A DNA stretch of 64,000 nucleotides, from NCBI GenBank assembly GCA_964510885.1, contig CAZEDL010000002.1, positions 707 through 64,706 on the forward strand, read 5' to 3'. The notes beneath the pieces are model-generated. The model saw only the letters and a list, made by a program, of their open reading frames with translations. It did no database searches and was not told the DNA's origin. The stretch's first letter is position 1. Each line of letters opens with the position of its first letter. Shown one piece after another: positions 19,520 through 28,892 of this stretch. The DNA is from an uncultured Gammaproteobacteria bacterium (GTDB taxonomy: Bacteria; Patescibacteriota; Patescibacteriia; Magasanikbacterales; GWA2-37-8). The translations under genes were made by a program, and so were the position numbers.

Positions 19520-20164
19520 ATGAACCTAGCAGTTGATATCGCTAAACTTCTCCTTGATATTAAAGCAGTCACAGTTAGCATCAATCCCCCGTATACCTGG
19601 TCATCCGGGATTAAAGCGCCGATTTATTGCGATAATCGCCTGATCATTTCTTACCCAGCCGAGCGCCGCCGGATTATTGAAGGATTTAAAAGCATTATTA
19701 AAGAAAAGGGGCTGACCTTTGATGTGATCGGGGGCACCGCTATGGCCGGAGTGCCCTGGGCTGCTTTCTTGGCGTATGAACTTGATAAGCCGCTTATATA
19801 TATTCGCCCCGAACCCAAAGCCCATGGCAAAGGTAAGCAGGTAGAGGGCACGATGCCACGCGGCGCTAGAGTTCTCATCGTAGAGGATTTAATTTCTACC
19901 GGAGGCAGCTCGCTCAAATCAGCGGTGGCGTGCGTGCGCGAATATGAAGCGGTGGTAACTGATATTATTGCTATTTTTACCTACGAGATGCAGTCGGCTA
20001 GGCAGGCTTTTTCTGACGCTGGGATTTCTCTCGCTACTCTTAGCAGCTTCTCTACCTTAATCGAGGTGGCGCAACAGGAAAAATACCTTACCGTTGCCGA
20101 AAAATCAGCAGCCTTCGCGTGGAGCACCGACCCGGAGCACTGGTTCGAATCCCTTACTACTTAA
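19520..20164 (+). CDS. pyrE: Orotate phosphoribosyltransferase
   Basis: WSSGIKAPIYCDNR, KAHG, VEDLISTGGS. Confidence 0.95.
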   Translation: MNLAVDIAKLLLDIKAVTVSINPPYTWSSGIKAPIYCDNRLIISYPAERRRIIEGFKSIIKEKGLTFDVIGGTAMAGVPWAAFLAYELDKPLIYIRPEPKAHGKGKQVEGTMPRGARVLIVEDLISTGGSSLKSAVACVREYEAVVTDIIAIFTYEMQSARQAFSDAGISLATLSSFSTLIEVAQQEKYLTVAEKSAAFAWSTDPEHWFESLTT

Positions 20165-20168
20165 GACT

Positions 20169-20915
20169 ATGAGCTATACCGACATCATTCGCAAACTATA
20201 TAACCAATTTGGCCAGCTATATCACGATTCTCGCTCCGAAGGACCAGGGCGACTACATAATGAATATATTGATCGACCGGCCTTATTAAAACTACTTCCC
20301 AAATCATTGAAGGGGCTGACCGTGCTTGATGCCGGATGCGGTACCGGGATAGTAAGCACGCTGCTAGCCAAGCGAGGAGCCAAGGTAATCGGACTCGACC
20401 TGAGTTCAGTGATGATAGATATTGCCTGCCGTGAAACACCCGCAAAACTGGGAGTAGAATATATCATTGGCACGCTTACTCGCCTGCCTTTTGCCGCCAC
20501 TTCATTTGATCTAGTTGTTTCTAATTACGTATTAGAAAATATTAAAGCACTCCCTACCGTGTTCGACGAATTTTATCGAGTACTTAAAAAAAATGGGAGT
20601 GTTATTTTTTCTATCGCTCACCCCATTAAATCACAAAGCATCGGCACGGAACCGTTAGGAAAAAAGGTGCGAGTGATTGAAGATTATTTTACCCCTGGGA
20701 TGCGTGATGCTGATTTTGGACGAGGTCTCATTGTCCCTAAATTTCGCCGACCGCTCGAAGCCTACACCATCGCTGCGACTGAAGCTGGCTTTTTGATTAG
20801 CGATTTACGCGAGCCGCGCCCTATTGCCGCTGGAAAAAAAGTAGTTCCCGACGGCTATGCAGTCGCTTGTCGGTTACCCCAGTTACTGACAATGAAGTTG
20901 GTTAAATTAAAATAA
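20169..20915 (+). CDS. Class I SAM-dependent methyltransferase
   Basis: VLDAGCGTG, GLDLS, LPFAATSFDLV. Confidence 0.88.
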   Translation: MSYTDIIRKLYNQFGQLYHDSRSEGPGRLHNEYIDRPALLKLLPKSLKGLTVLDAGCGTGIVSTLLAKRGAKVIGLDLSSVMIDIACRETPAKLGVEYIIGTLTRLPFAATSFDLVVSNYVLENIKALPTVFDEFYRVLKKNGSVIFSIAHPIKSQSIGTEPLGKKVRVIEDYFTPGMRDADFGRGLIVPKFRRPLEAYTIAATEAGFLISDLREPRPIAAGKKVVPDGYAVACRLPQLLTMKLVKLK

Positions 20916-20931
20916 TTTTTAACTGCTTTCT

Positions 20932-21705
20932 ATGCTTTCGTATCAGGAACGAGCGGCACGCTGCAGCAACCCAACTGCTAAAAAACTCTTGGAGCTCATG
21001 GAGGCTAAGCAGACTAATCTGTGTCTGGCGGCAGATGCAACGACAAAAAAAGAATTATTAGCCTGGGCGGATGAAATTGGCCCGGAAATATGCCTGCTCA
21101 AAACGCATATTGATATCATTACTGACTTTGACTGGGATTTAATAGTACACTTGCAAGTTCTCGCTAAAAAACATAATTTCTTAATTTTTGAAGATCGTAA
21201 ATTTGCTGACATTGGCAAAACTGTCCAGCATCAGTACCGTGATGGGATGTTTCATATGTCGGAGTGGGCAGATATTGTGAATACGCATACGGTGGCCGGG
21301 CCCGGCAGCATTGAGGCGTTGAAGGAAATTGGACTCCCCAAAGGGCGCGGATTATTGCTCCTCGCAGAAATGACTCCCAAAGGCACCTTGGCCAAGGGTG
21401 AGTACACTGCGGCCTCTATTAAAATGGCGGAGGAGCATCAGGATTTTGTGATCGGCTTTATCACTACGCGAACACTGAGTGACAATCCTTGTTTTATTAA
21501 TATGACCCCAGGGATTCAGATGGCTGGTGGCGGAGACCGGCTCGGGCAACAATATACGTCTCCAGACGAAGCGATCCGAGGTGGGGCTGATGTCATTATC
21601 GTCGGAAGGGGTATTTGCGCAGCCAGCGAGCCCCTAGTAGCAGCCGATGCCTATCGGGAGGCGGGGTGGGAGGCATACCAGGCACGTATAGGTACGAAGA
21701 CTTAA
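20932..21705 (+). CDS. pyrF: Orotidine-5'-phosphate decarboxylase (URA3/UMPS-like subtype)
   Basis: KTHID, FEDRKFADIGKTV, GLLLLAEM, LGQQY, IIVGRGI. Confidence 0.95.
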   Translation: MLSYQERAARCSNPTAKKLLELMEAKQTNLCLAADATTKKELLAWADEIGPEICLLKTHIDIITDFDWDLIVHLQVLAKKHNFLIFEDRKFADIGKTVQHQYRDGMFHMSEWADIVNTHTVAGPGSIEALKEIGLPKGRGLLLLAEMTPKGTLAKGEYTAASIKMAEEHQDFVIGFITTRTLSDNPCFINMTPGIQMAGGGDRLGQQYTSPDEAIRGGADVIIVGRGICAASEPLVAADAYREAGWEAYQARIGTKT

Positions 21706-21725
21706 TTAAAAACTATTGAAAAATT

Positions 21726-21921
21726 AATTCTCTCCTTAGGAGCTCTGAATTACGAAACTCAATTGTCATCCCGACAACGAAGGAGGGATCTCTGTCTCAA
21801 TTGGCCAACGTAAGGACCGGACAGAGATTGCCTGTGAGGCATCGCGAGACCTCGTCGCCGCGAGGCTCGCTCGGAATGACAAAGCGGTTAATTTCGTAAT
21901 TCAAAGCTTAGGGGGAGAATT
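21726..21921. repeat. MITE-like element with ~30 bp terminal inverted repeats and internal REP-like palindrome
   Basis: AATTCTCTCCTTAGGAGCTCTGAATTACGAAA versus TTTCGTAATTCAAAGCTTAGGGGGAGAATT; inner TGTCATCCCGA...TCGGAATGACA. Confidence 0.75.
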
Positions 21922-22046
21922 TTTAGTTAGCAGGTATTTATTGAGTTGCTTTTTTAGAAAAAAATAGACAATGCCAATTTTGGCTAAGATATAAGGGTTA
22001 TTTTTTAATAAATGGCTAATATTAGCCAAAATATCGTCAAAACCCC

Positions 22047-22214
22047 TTGACAAGAGTGGTTTTTTGTGATATACTGATTTGTTTAGCATAAAGCTCCAAT
22101 CAAAATTGCTTAGCTAAACAGCACAACGTTGTTTCCTTGGTTTTGTTCATCACCGATTATGGTGGTGCAAAGATGTTCAGAAACAACCTCAAAAAGTGAC
22201 AACAAAGGAGTCCC
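22047..22214 (+). promoter_or_regulatory. Cassette 3 promoter and structured leader with SD
   Basis: TTGACA-17-TATACT; stems GTTTAGC/GCTAAAC and GTTGTTTC/GAAACAAC; AAAGGAG. Confidence 0.7.
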
Positions 22215-22646
22215 ATGACAAAGTTCCTTCTCGCGCTTCTGGTAATCATCTCGATTGGGAACGCCAACGGCTCTCCCGCCTCAGGTGAGGACGACAACAC
22301 CAGCGACACCGAGGCATACGTCTGGTCCGACGAAGACTGGGCGGAACTCCTCAAGGAGGAGTGGGAGGTCGAGACTCCCGAGGAATGGTTGGGAGACGTG
22401 CTAAAGATGGTGTTTGCCGCCAACGATGTGCAGACGCCCGATGTCGACCAGAACTGGGCGTCGCAATATGACCCCGTCTTCTTTCTCATCTTTAAAGACG
22501 GCTACATGGGGTACACCCCGATCGCCGGGCAGCTGTACCACAACTGCCAAGACGTCGACATTCGCGAGGTCAAGGAGGGGCGATACCCGCGGACACCGCA
22601 TCAGCACGCGGCTCCGCGCATCCCCCCCATGAACCGGTGCCTATAA
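22215..22646 (+). CDS. GC-rich acidic secreted hypothetical protein (cassette 3)
   Basis: N-terminal signal peptide; SD; GC-rich third positions. Confidence 0.75.
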   Translation: MTKFLLALLVIISIGNANGSPASGEDDNTSDTEAYVWSDEDWAELLKEEWEVETPEEWLGDVLKMVFAANDVQTPDVDQNWASQYDPVFFLIFKDGYMGYTPIAGQLYHNCQDVDIREVKEGRYPRTPHQHAAPRIPPMNRCL

Positions 22647-22653
22647 GCGCCAA

Positions 22654-22798
22654 CCCGCCGCTGCCAAGTGGCGATAACGGCGGGAAACTCCACACTTCAT
22701 CCGGTCGCTATCTATGAACTCAAACATTGAGCGCATAGATAGCCGGATGAAGTAACAATATATAAAAACAACCCCAGTCTAATCGGGGTTGTTTTTTA
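22654..22798 (+). ncRNA. Structured 3' trailer motif, copy A, plus terminator
   Basis: GC hairpin, then bulged long hairpin 22694-22753 with CTCAA/TTGAG apex, then AAAAACAACCCC/GGGGTTGTTTTT; same fold at 57729-57880. Confidence 0.55.
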
Positions 22799-22817
22799 TT
22801 TTACCGTCGAAGAGTGC

Positions 22818-23570
22818 TTAGCCCTGATGTTCGCCCTGCATGAATTTTTTGATATCGCCAATGGTACTCATGAACTGCGCCGGGAAGATAATGGTCGAAT
22901 TCTTTTCAATACTGATCTCGGCCATGGTCTGTAAGTTGCGTAGCTGCAGAGCAATGGGGTGGGCCGCCATCACATCGGCCGTTTCAGCTAATTTTTGCGA
23001 GGAGAGGAATTCACCTTCGGCCGCAATGATCTTGGCACGTTTTTCACGTTCAGCTTCGGCTTGCTTCGCCATAGCACGCTTCATACCTTCGGGCAATTCG
23101 ATATCTTTCATTTCTACTACCGACACAATGACTCCCCAACCTTCGGTGTGGGAATCAAGCACGGTGGTGATTTCTTTATTAATAGTTTCGCGCTCGGTGA
23201 GAATTTCATCGAGCTGGAATTTACCCACGATATTACGGATAGAAGTCTGAGCGATTTGATTGATAGCGTTCATGACATCTTCAATTTCGACGATGCTTTT
23301 GACGGCATCTACCACTTTATAGTATGCGACAGCCGAGACATCCACGGACACGTTGTCCTTGGTGATAATTTGCTGCTTTTGCACTGGCAGGGTGACGGTG
23401 CGGAAATCTACTTTGCGCAGTCGATCAATGAAGGGAATAACCCAGCATAAACCAGGATCTTTTTGACCGACAATTTTACCAAACCGGAATACGACACCTT
23501 TTTGATACTGCTGCACCGTGCGCAAGCCAAAGAGCACGATGAGGACTGGAAGGATAATGAGAACTCCCAT
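22818..23570 (-). CDS. SPFH/stomatin (slipin) family protein
   Basis: VVFRFGK, ITKDNV, AMAKQAEAEREKRAKII, ALQLRNLQT. Confidence 0.93.
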   Translation of the reverse strand: MGVLIILPVLIVLFGLRTVQQYQKGVVFRFGKIVGQKDPGLCWVIPFIDRLRKVDFRTVTLPVQKQQIITKDNVSVDVSAVAYYKVVDAVKSIVEIEDVMNAINQIAQTSIRNIVGKFQLDEILTERETINKEITTVLDSHTEGWGVIVSVVEMKDIELPEGMKRAMAKQAEAEREKRAKIIAAEGEFLSSQKLAETADVMAAHPIALQLRNLQTMAEISIEKNSTIIFPAQFMSTIGDIKKFMQGEHQG

Positions 23571-23578
23571 AGTGATAG

Positions 23579-23620
23579 GAATTATGAATTAATGATTAAG
23601 AATAAAGAATAACGAATTAA
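23579..23620. repeat. Heptamer tandem array (GAATWAN x6)
   Basis: GAATTAT GAATTAA TGATTAA GAATAAA GAATAAC GAATTAA. Confidence 0.7.
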
Positions 23621-23654
23621 ATTTATACCGTGAACTCATCCCAAAATCAATTTA

Positions 23655-23748
23655 TGTCATTCCTGACCAGGATCAGGAATCCAGCACCGTTCACACCAAC
23701 GGACTCAGTAAGACAGGTGTGGATTCCCGCTGCCGCGCGGGAATGACA
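23655..23748. repeat. REP-like palindrome
   Basis: TGTCATTCCTG..CAGGAATCC / GGATTCCCGC..GCGGGAATGACA. Confidence 0.8.
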
Positions 23749-23767
23749 CCGAGTGATTGATTGTTTA

Positions 23768-24355
23768 TTATCGAATACTCTGCAACGCTTCTTTCAAGAG
23801 CTGCTCGCTGGTTTTGCCAACGGTATCAAGCTGCTTCAAGACATCACGGGCTTCCAGGGCTGAATAGCCAAGGCCGACCAGGGCATCAATCACATCTGCC
23901 ACCGGATCGGCTACTCCCGGGGGGCGCGTTGCGCCAGAAGCGCTAAATACAGCGTCTTTGAATTTGGAACGTAGCTCTACGATAATGCGCTCTGCGGTCT
24001 TTTTACCAATCCCGCTCACCGCCATCAAGTAGCTGATGTCGCCGCGATTCACCCCGGCGGCGATTTCTTCGGCCGAGCCAAGAGTTAATAATTGCAAGGC
24101 GGTTTTGGGGCCGACACCACTGACTGATAAGAATTGTTTGAATAAAACGCACTCGGCCGTATCTTTGAAGCCGTAGAGCTCCAGAGCGTCTTCGCGGACC
24201 ACGAGGTGGGCGGAGAGCGTAGCATTTTGACCGACCACACAGCTAGTCAGAGCGGCAGGGCTGGCAGCAATTTTATACCCGACTCCCCCACTCGTGAGCA
24301 GAGTTAGGTCTTTGCCGGAGATGTCGACGACCGTGCCGTAAAGAAGAGAAATCAT
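23768..24355 (-). CDS. ruvA: Holliday junction branch migration protein RuvA
   Basis: GGVGY, VREDALELYGF, VSGVGPKTA, GIGKKTAERI, ALVGLGYS. Confidence 0.96.
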   Translation of the reverse strand: MISLLYGTVVDISGKDLTLLTSGGVGYKIAASPAALTSCVVGQNATLSAHLVVREDALELYGFKDTAECVLFKQFLSVSGVGPKTALQLLTLGSAEEIAAGVNRGDISYLMAVSGIGKKTAERIIVELRSKFKDAVFSASGATRPPGVADPVADVIDALVGLGYSALEARDVLKQLDTVGKTSEQLLKEALQSIR

Positions 24356-24357
24356 AA

Positions 24358-24436
24358 AACACGTAACACGTAACACGTAACACGTAACATACCAGCGCAA
24401 CTAATGTTGCGTGCTATGTGTTACGTGTTACGTGTG
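24358..24436. repeat. Inverted heptamer array (ACGTAAC x4 facing TGTTACG x2)
   Basis: Direct reading; central GCGCAAC/GTTGCGT hairpin. Confidence 0.8.
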
Positions 24437-24441
24437 AAGAA

Positions 24442-25404
24442 CTATTTTTTCTTGTTCCGACTGACGCGGATCAGGCCGCCACAGGCCACCACCTCAATCC
24501 CTTTCTTTTCAAGTTCATCGAGGTAGAGGTTCATACCGAGAGAATCGGACGACATATGGCCACAGATCACCACATTCATGTGCGATTCACTGGCTTTGTT
24601 CATCGAATCGTCGCGCATATGCATACCGACAATGGTGCTGATGCCATAGCTCGAGAGCGGCTGATAGACTTTGCTCGACGGGTTGGTGCCACCGGTCATT
24701 TCGAGGAGCACTTTGCCCAGGCGATGATTAGGTGCACCAGCCACAATCTTTGGCCCGGCGCCCATTTTTTTGGCTTGCTGGTATTCCGGAATTTCAAGGA
24801 GTACGGTGATAAGCTCACCGAGTGTTTCGGGGGCTTTTTTATCGAGGTACTGTTGCATGAAAGCTTGAACCAAGTTGTCGGTGACAGTGTGGGTATTGAT
24901 AAAATTTATCTTGAGTAATTCGGCAATATTCACGGCCTGGAAATGGTTAATAGGGTGGACGCCGCGCCCTACTTCGCGCACCCGGTCTTCGGTGATCTTT
25001 TCGGCCATATGCACCGGCACACCTTGCTCCACATACATATCCGTGAACATAGTCATCACTTCATGCAGATTGGCCAAAGCCCGGCCTTCGGGGTGGTGGG
25101 CGATTACGAGATCGATTTTTTTGCCGCGTTCGCCAAGCTGGCTGGCCAACAAAATTTCCGGGGCATTGATATCGATACCGGCCAAGACGCGTTTAACTTC
25201 GGTTTTGCCATCATCAACATGGATAGCACAATCGGGATAGGGATTGGTGAGACGCTCGAGATCAAAAAACTTTTGTTCACTCGGCTTCATGTCTTCGTAG
25301 GCCTTTTTCATGTTGGCCAAATACTTCTTTACCCCCTTTTCACCGCGCGGATCAGCCGCAATGCCCACCTTGAGACTAAGGTCAAAAACACTCTTTACAT
25401 TCAT
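24442..25404 (-). CDS. NIF3/NGG1p-interacting factor-like metal-binding protein
   Basis: NPYPD, AGID, IAHHP, HTVTDN, GHMSSDSLGMN. Confidence 0.8.
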   Translation of the reverse strand: MNVKSVFDLSLKVGIAADPRGEKGVKKYLANMKKAYEDMKPSEQKFFDLERLTNPYPDCAIHVDDGKTEVKRVLAGIDINAPEILLASQLGERGKKIDLVIAHHPEGRALANLHEVMTMFTDMYVEQGVPVHMAEKITEDRVREVGRGVHPINHFQAVNIAELLKINFINTHTVTDNLVQAFMQQYLDKKAPETLGELITVLLEIPEYQQAKKMGAGPKIVAGAPNHRLGKVLLEMTGGTNPSSKVYQPLSSYGISTIVGMHMRDDSMNKASESHMNVVICGHMSSDSLGMNLYLDELEKKGIEVVACGGLIRVSRNKKK

Positions 25405-25470
25405 AAAAACAGACTAATAAATAACCCTGGTAGTTTAGAAAAAAACGCCAGGGTTGTCAAAAAGAAGTGT

Positions 25471-26985
25471 CTAAATTTTCTTATTAAGCCCAATGGCTTC
25501 GATGATTTTACCCGGCGTAAGATCAGCAAACTTAGGGTCGCGGTCGGGCTGAGAGTAGAGTACGGTATAAATTTCTGGAAGCATCGGCAGCATCATTTCA
25601 TTCAACGTAAGCTGCTTGGACAGGCGCAGAAAATCGGCCACGCCTAGGCGCGGTTCAAGCATAAGATCAATGCCAGTGGCTGGCACAACTTCTGGGCCGG
25701 TATGCGGGAGGCAGGCAAGCATCATGCCGTCACCGCCTAATTCCTTAGTCTGCACGGGTTCGACTGCTTCGGCTTCGTCTAAGTTTCCTACGCGGCGGAG
25801 CCACTCCTGCCAGGCAGTTTTTGATCTGGTTAAATCATTAACTTGAGAAAATCCACCCAAGCATTTCATGCCGTAGTAAAGCGAGATAATAATATAACAG
25901 AGCGTCATGCTCGGGAAAATTTCTTTGGTAGCGAGGCCTTTACTAATCGCGTCGGGGGTAAGCGGATAGACTTGGGTACCATCATCGGAACGAAGCTCGT
26001 CGCCTTTCAAAAACAGCTGCACGCGGCGCATATTCTTGTCTATAGCCCAAAACAGGAAGGTGCCCCAATTATTTTCAATAGAAAAAGCGCCCGGGATATT
26101 ATTAAATAATTCACGGAACAGGCGACGACTTTCGGTATCAAATAAGAACTGATGGATGAGCGAGGCTGTATCTTTGAAATGAATAGTTTGCAGGAGTTCT
26201 GTAACAATCGTTTCGATTTCAATATAAATTACATCCGGCATCAGGCCGTCTGTCTGCTTGAAGAAGTGCTGCCAGAGGCGAAAATTGATTTTGGTTATCT
26301 GCGAGCAGATATCCGGATCGTTAATTACATCAGCGGCACCGAAGTAGGTTTTTAGAATCTCAATAACTTTCTGGCCTTTATCAGCGGGGATTTCTTTGCG
26401 GGCAATCTTTTTTTCGAGTTCGGCGCAGGCGCGATCTAAATTTTCTTGCGAATAGGCTGGGGCGGTGTAGACCGTGGCCATTTTACTTTTATCCGGCGAG
26501 AGCGGTACCCTGAGCAAGGTATTTGAATCAGCGGCATCCGGATGCAACACAACTCCACGCGGGTACGAGGAGTTGTTCATGGAGACCGTGGCAAAGGAAA
26601 AATCGATGAGATAGCGCCAATTTGGATGGCTCTTCTCAAGCAGCGGGAGCCCGGTGATGATATTGGAGTTTAAAAAAAAGGGATGGGTGACCGGGCCATG
26701 ATGATCGGCGGTCGAAACCAGCGGGAGTTCCCGGAGCTGGGTAGCCACACCGGCAGCCACTTCAGGGCCGAGGCGGGCCGCGAGCAGGCGCTCAACCACG
26801 GCAATCAGTTCGGGCTTGCGCGCATCGAGGCGCGGACTTTTATTGATATCTAAAAAATCTTGGGTATAGGAATACAGGGTTTTGTCCCCGTGCTTTTTCA
26901 TGATTTCGCCCAAAATCGGGCGGCGTTGCCAAATAATCTCTTCGAGTTCTGTAATCAAACTACCAGTAGGATCACCATCTCCCAT
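25471..26985 (-). CDS. Hypothetical protein (504 aa)
   Basis: Long ORF with native codon style; VSTADHHG motif; own TTGACA promoter near 27060. Confidence 0.75.
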   Translation of the reverse strand: MGDGDPTGSLITELEEIIWQRRPILGEIMKKHGDKTLYSYTQDFLDINKSPRLDARKPELIAVVERLLAARLGPEVAAGVATQLRELPLVSTADHHGPVTHPFFLNSNIITGLPLLEKSHPNWRYLIDFSFATVSMNNSSYPRGVVLHPDAADSNTLLRVPLSPDKSKMATVYTAPAYSQENLDRACAELEKKIARKEIPADKGQKVIEILKTYFGAADVINDPDICSQITKINFRLWQHFFKQTDGLMPDVIYIEIETIVTELLQTIHFKDTASLIHQFLFDTESRRLFRELFNNIPGAFSIENNWGTFLFWAIDKNMRRVQLFLKGDELRSDDGTQVYPLTPDAISKGLATKEIFPSMTLCYIIISLYYGMKCLGGFSQVNDLTRSKTAWQEWLRRVGNLDEAEAVEPVQTKELGGDGMMLACLPHTGPEVVPATGIDLMLEPRLGVADFLRLSKQLTLNEMMLPMLPEIYTVLYSQPDRDPKFADLTPGKIIEAIGLNKKI

Positions 26986-27267
26986 ATAGAGAATTAAGTA
27001 CGTTAACTGTCTCCTTTTAGAAATAGCTAAACCCTCAGAGTACTCTGATTAGGCTTTTTTGTCAAGCAGGTTTCACTTTTTTGAGACCTTTTTAAGAAGG
27101 ATTGGCGTAGCACTAAGCTTATCGAAATAAGCGCACTGGAACGCCCGTGAGAGTGACCGCGTGCCAAGAAGGCAGCGGGTCTCGCGGGGAAAGGCCCAAC
27201 CTGCCGAGCCGGGCGCGGGGCGCTGGCTGGGGAGGTATGGGTGTGTGGTGGGAGGAGGGGGAGCTCG

Positions 27268-28428
27268 CTACCGCGGGAAGAAGGCCTGGGCCAGCTGGTG
27301 GCCCATCTTGTTGCTCCACACGGCCTCACGCTTCCCACGCAGGATGGCATGGCAGCCGTTGCCGCTGCCCTCGAGGCCCGCGACGTTCGCCTGCTTGCCA
27401 CCGTAGCTGTTGGGGGCGTTGAAATGCCAGGGCTCACCCAGCTCGGTGCTGAGCGAGAAATACGTAGCACCCACGGCCTCCATGGCCTGGAACAGGAGGC
27501 GACGCTCATACTGGGCCTCCCGGAAGATCTCCGGCGTCACGTTGGCGACCCCCAGCTCGCTCAGGTAGCGGCGCAGGATCGGATCGGCGGCAACCTCTCC
27601 AGCATAGACCTCGGGAGTGACGTTCTCCAGGTCGAAGTAGTTGATGACCGCCGGGGAGGCGATCTGATATCCAGGGCGCGCCGTGTAGTCGAAGGGCACG
27701 CCGAGGTTGACGTAGCGGCTGGTCTTGGTATCAATCATCCAGAGATCCACGCTCCCACCGTTGCCGTGGGCGGTGACCGCGTCCTTCTGGAGCGACAGGT
27801 TGTTCTCGCCGAGGTTGGCACGGAAGGTCAAGAGCAGCGTCGCCGCCTCGTCGACGCTCTTGCTGAGCTGTGCGGCGGCGCTCGTCAGCTCCTCGGCCTC
27901 TGAGCCGGTGAGGAGCTTCTGCTTGACATCGTGGAACGTATCGTTCTCGACGACGGCGCAATAGCTGCCGACGTCGTCTGCCTTGATCCCGACATTCAGC
28001 TCGTCGTAGATCGACATGGCCTCGCTGGTCAGGCCGAGCGCACCCATGATCTGCCGGCGCAGGTAGGCCCACAACTCGCGCTGGACCCAGTAGGGACGCC
28101 AGCCGTCGACCACCACCAGGCGGCGATCGTAGGGCGCAAGCAGAAGGTCGGCCTCGACGAGCATGTGGGCCACCGGGGCGCGGACGATCACCTGATCGGG
28201 CGCGCCGGGCAGGCCGGTCGGGTAGTGGACGCAGAGGCCAGGGGTTGCGCCCCGGGAGTAGAGCGGGTGCGTCATGGTCTCGGTGACGAGCACCATGGGG
28301 TCTGGGGCTGACTGCTCGAGGACACTCGTCGGCACGTTGCGGTAGCCGCTATCATCCCCCTCCAGCAGGCTAGTGAAGGAATTGATAGGACGGGTGATGG
28401 GCAGATCGGTCTTGAGGTACTTGTTCAT
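27268..28428 (-). CDS. GC-rich M15-family (VanX/DdpX-like) D-Ala-D-Ala peptidase (cassette 4)
   Basis: VVDGWRP, TAHGNGGSVDL, EPWHF zinc motifs; AGGAG SD before MNKYLK. Confidence 0.82.
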   Translation of the reverse strand: MNKYLKTDLPITRPINSFTSLLEGDDSGYRNVPTSVLEQSAPDPMVLVTETMTHPLYSRGATPGLCVHYPTGLPGAPDQVIVRAPVAHMLVEADLLLAPYDRRLVVVDGWRPYWVQRELWAYLRRQIMGALGLTSEAMSIYDELNVGIKADDVGSYCAVVENDTFHDVKQKLLTGSEAEELTSAAAQLSKSVDEAATLLLTFRANLGENNLSLQKDAVTAHGNGGSVDLWMIDTKTSRYVNLGVPFDYTARPGYQIASPAVINYFDLENVTPEVYAGEVAADPILRRYLSELGVANVTPEIFREAQYERRLLFQAMEAVGATYFSLSTELGEPWHFNAPNSYGGKQANVAGLEGSGNGCHAILRGKREAVWSNKMGHQLAQAFFPR

Positions 28429-28611
28429 GACTCGCTCCTGAAAAGGTTGAGGACGTTGGTAGGGACCGGGGAAAACTAGGCTAACATAAGCCCACTTTTC
28501 CCCGGTGTTTCTTCCTAATAACCACACAAATTGTAAAGAACTTGCCTATATTAAGCCAAATTTTGGCAAAATATAACCACTTATAATAGCACAAAATAGC
28601 GAAAAAGTCAA
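28429..28611 (-). promoter_or_regulatory. Cassette 4 promoter and structured leader with boxA-like element and SD
   Basis: TTGACT-17-TATTAT; hairpin; GTTCTTTACAA (28541-28531); stem ACCGGGGAAAA/TTTTCCCCGGT. Confidence 0.72.
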
Positions 28612-28643
28612 GGTCTTCGTGGCCGTAGCGCGGTAAATAACTC

Positions 28644-28810
28644 TCATTCTGAGTGAAACGAAGAATCTCTGTCGGTCGGTATAGTGGCCAATTGGACAGA
28701 GATCCTTCACGTTCGTTCAGGATGACAGGTGAATTTCGTAATTCAAAGCTCTAAGGGATCCTTCGCTACGCTCAGGATGACAGGATGGGGTATTATTCGC
28801 CAAGCTAAAT
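28644..28810. repeat. REP/MITE-like composite
   Basis: TCATTCTGAG..TCAGGATGACA arms; shares segments with the 6866 and 21890 copies. Confidence 0.8.
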
Positions 28811-28892
28811 GATCATAACTAAAAATTTTTGGCCTAACGTTAGAATAAAAAAACAGCTCTAACCACAAGGATCAGAGCTGTTTTTGATAATT

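Noticed and set aside
22647-22753. Cassette trailers as integron attC sites
   Set aside because: No RYYYAAC/GTTRRRY cores, genes are dispersed with their own promoters, and no integrase is present
24358-24436. CRISPR array
   Set aside because: 7-bp tandem units without spacers; no cas genes
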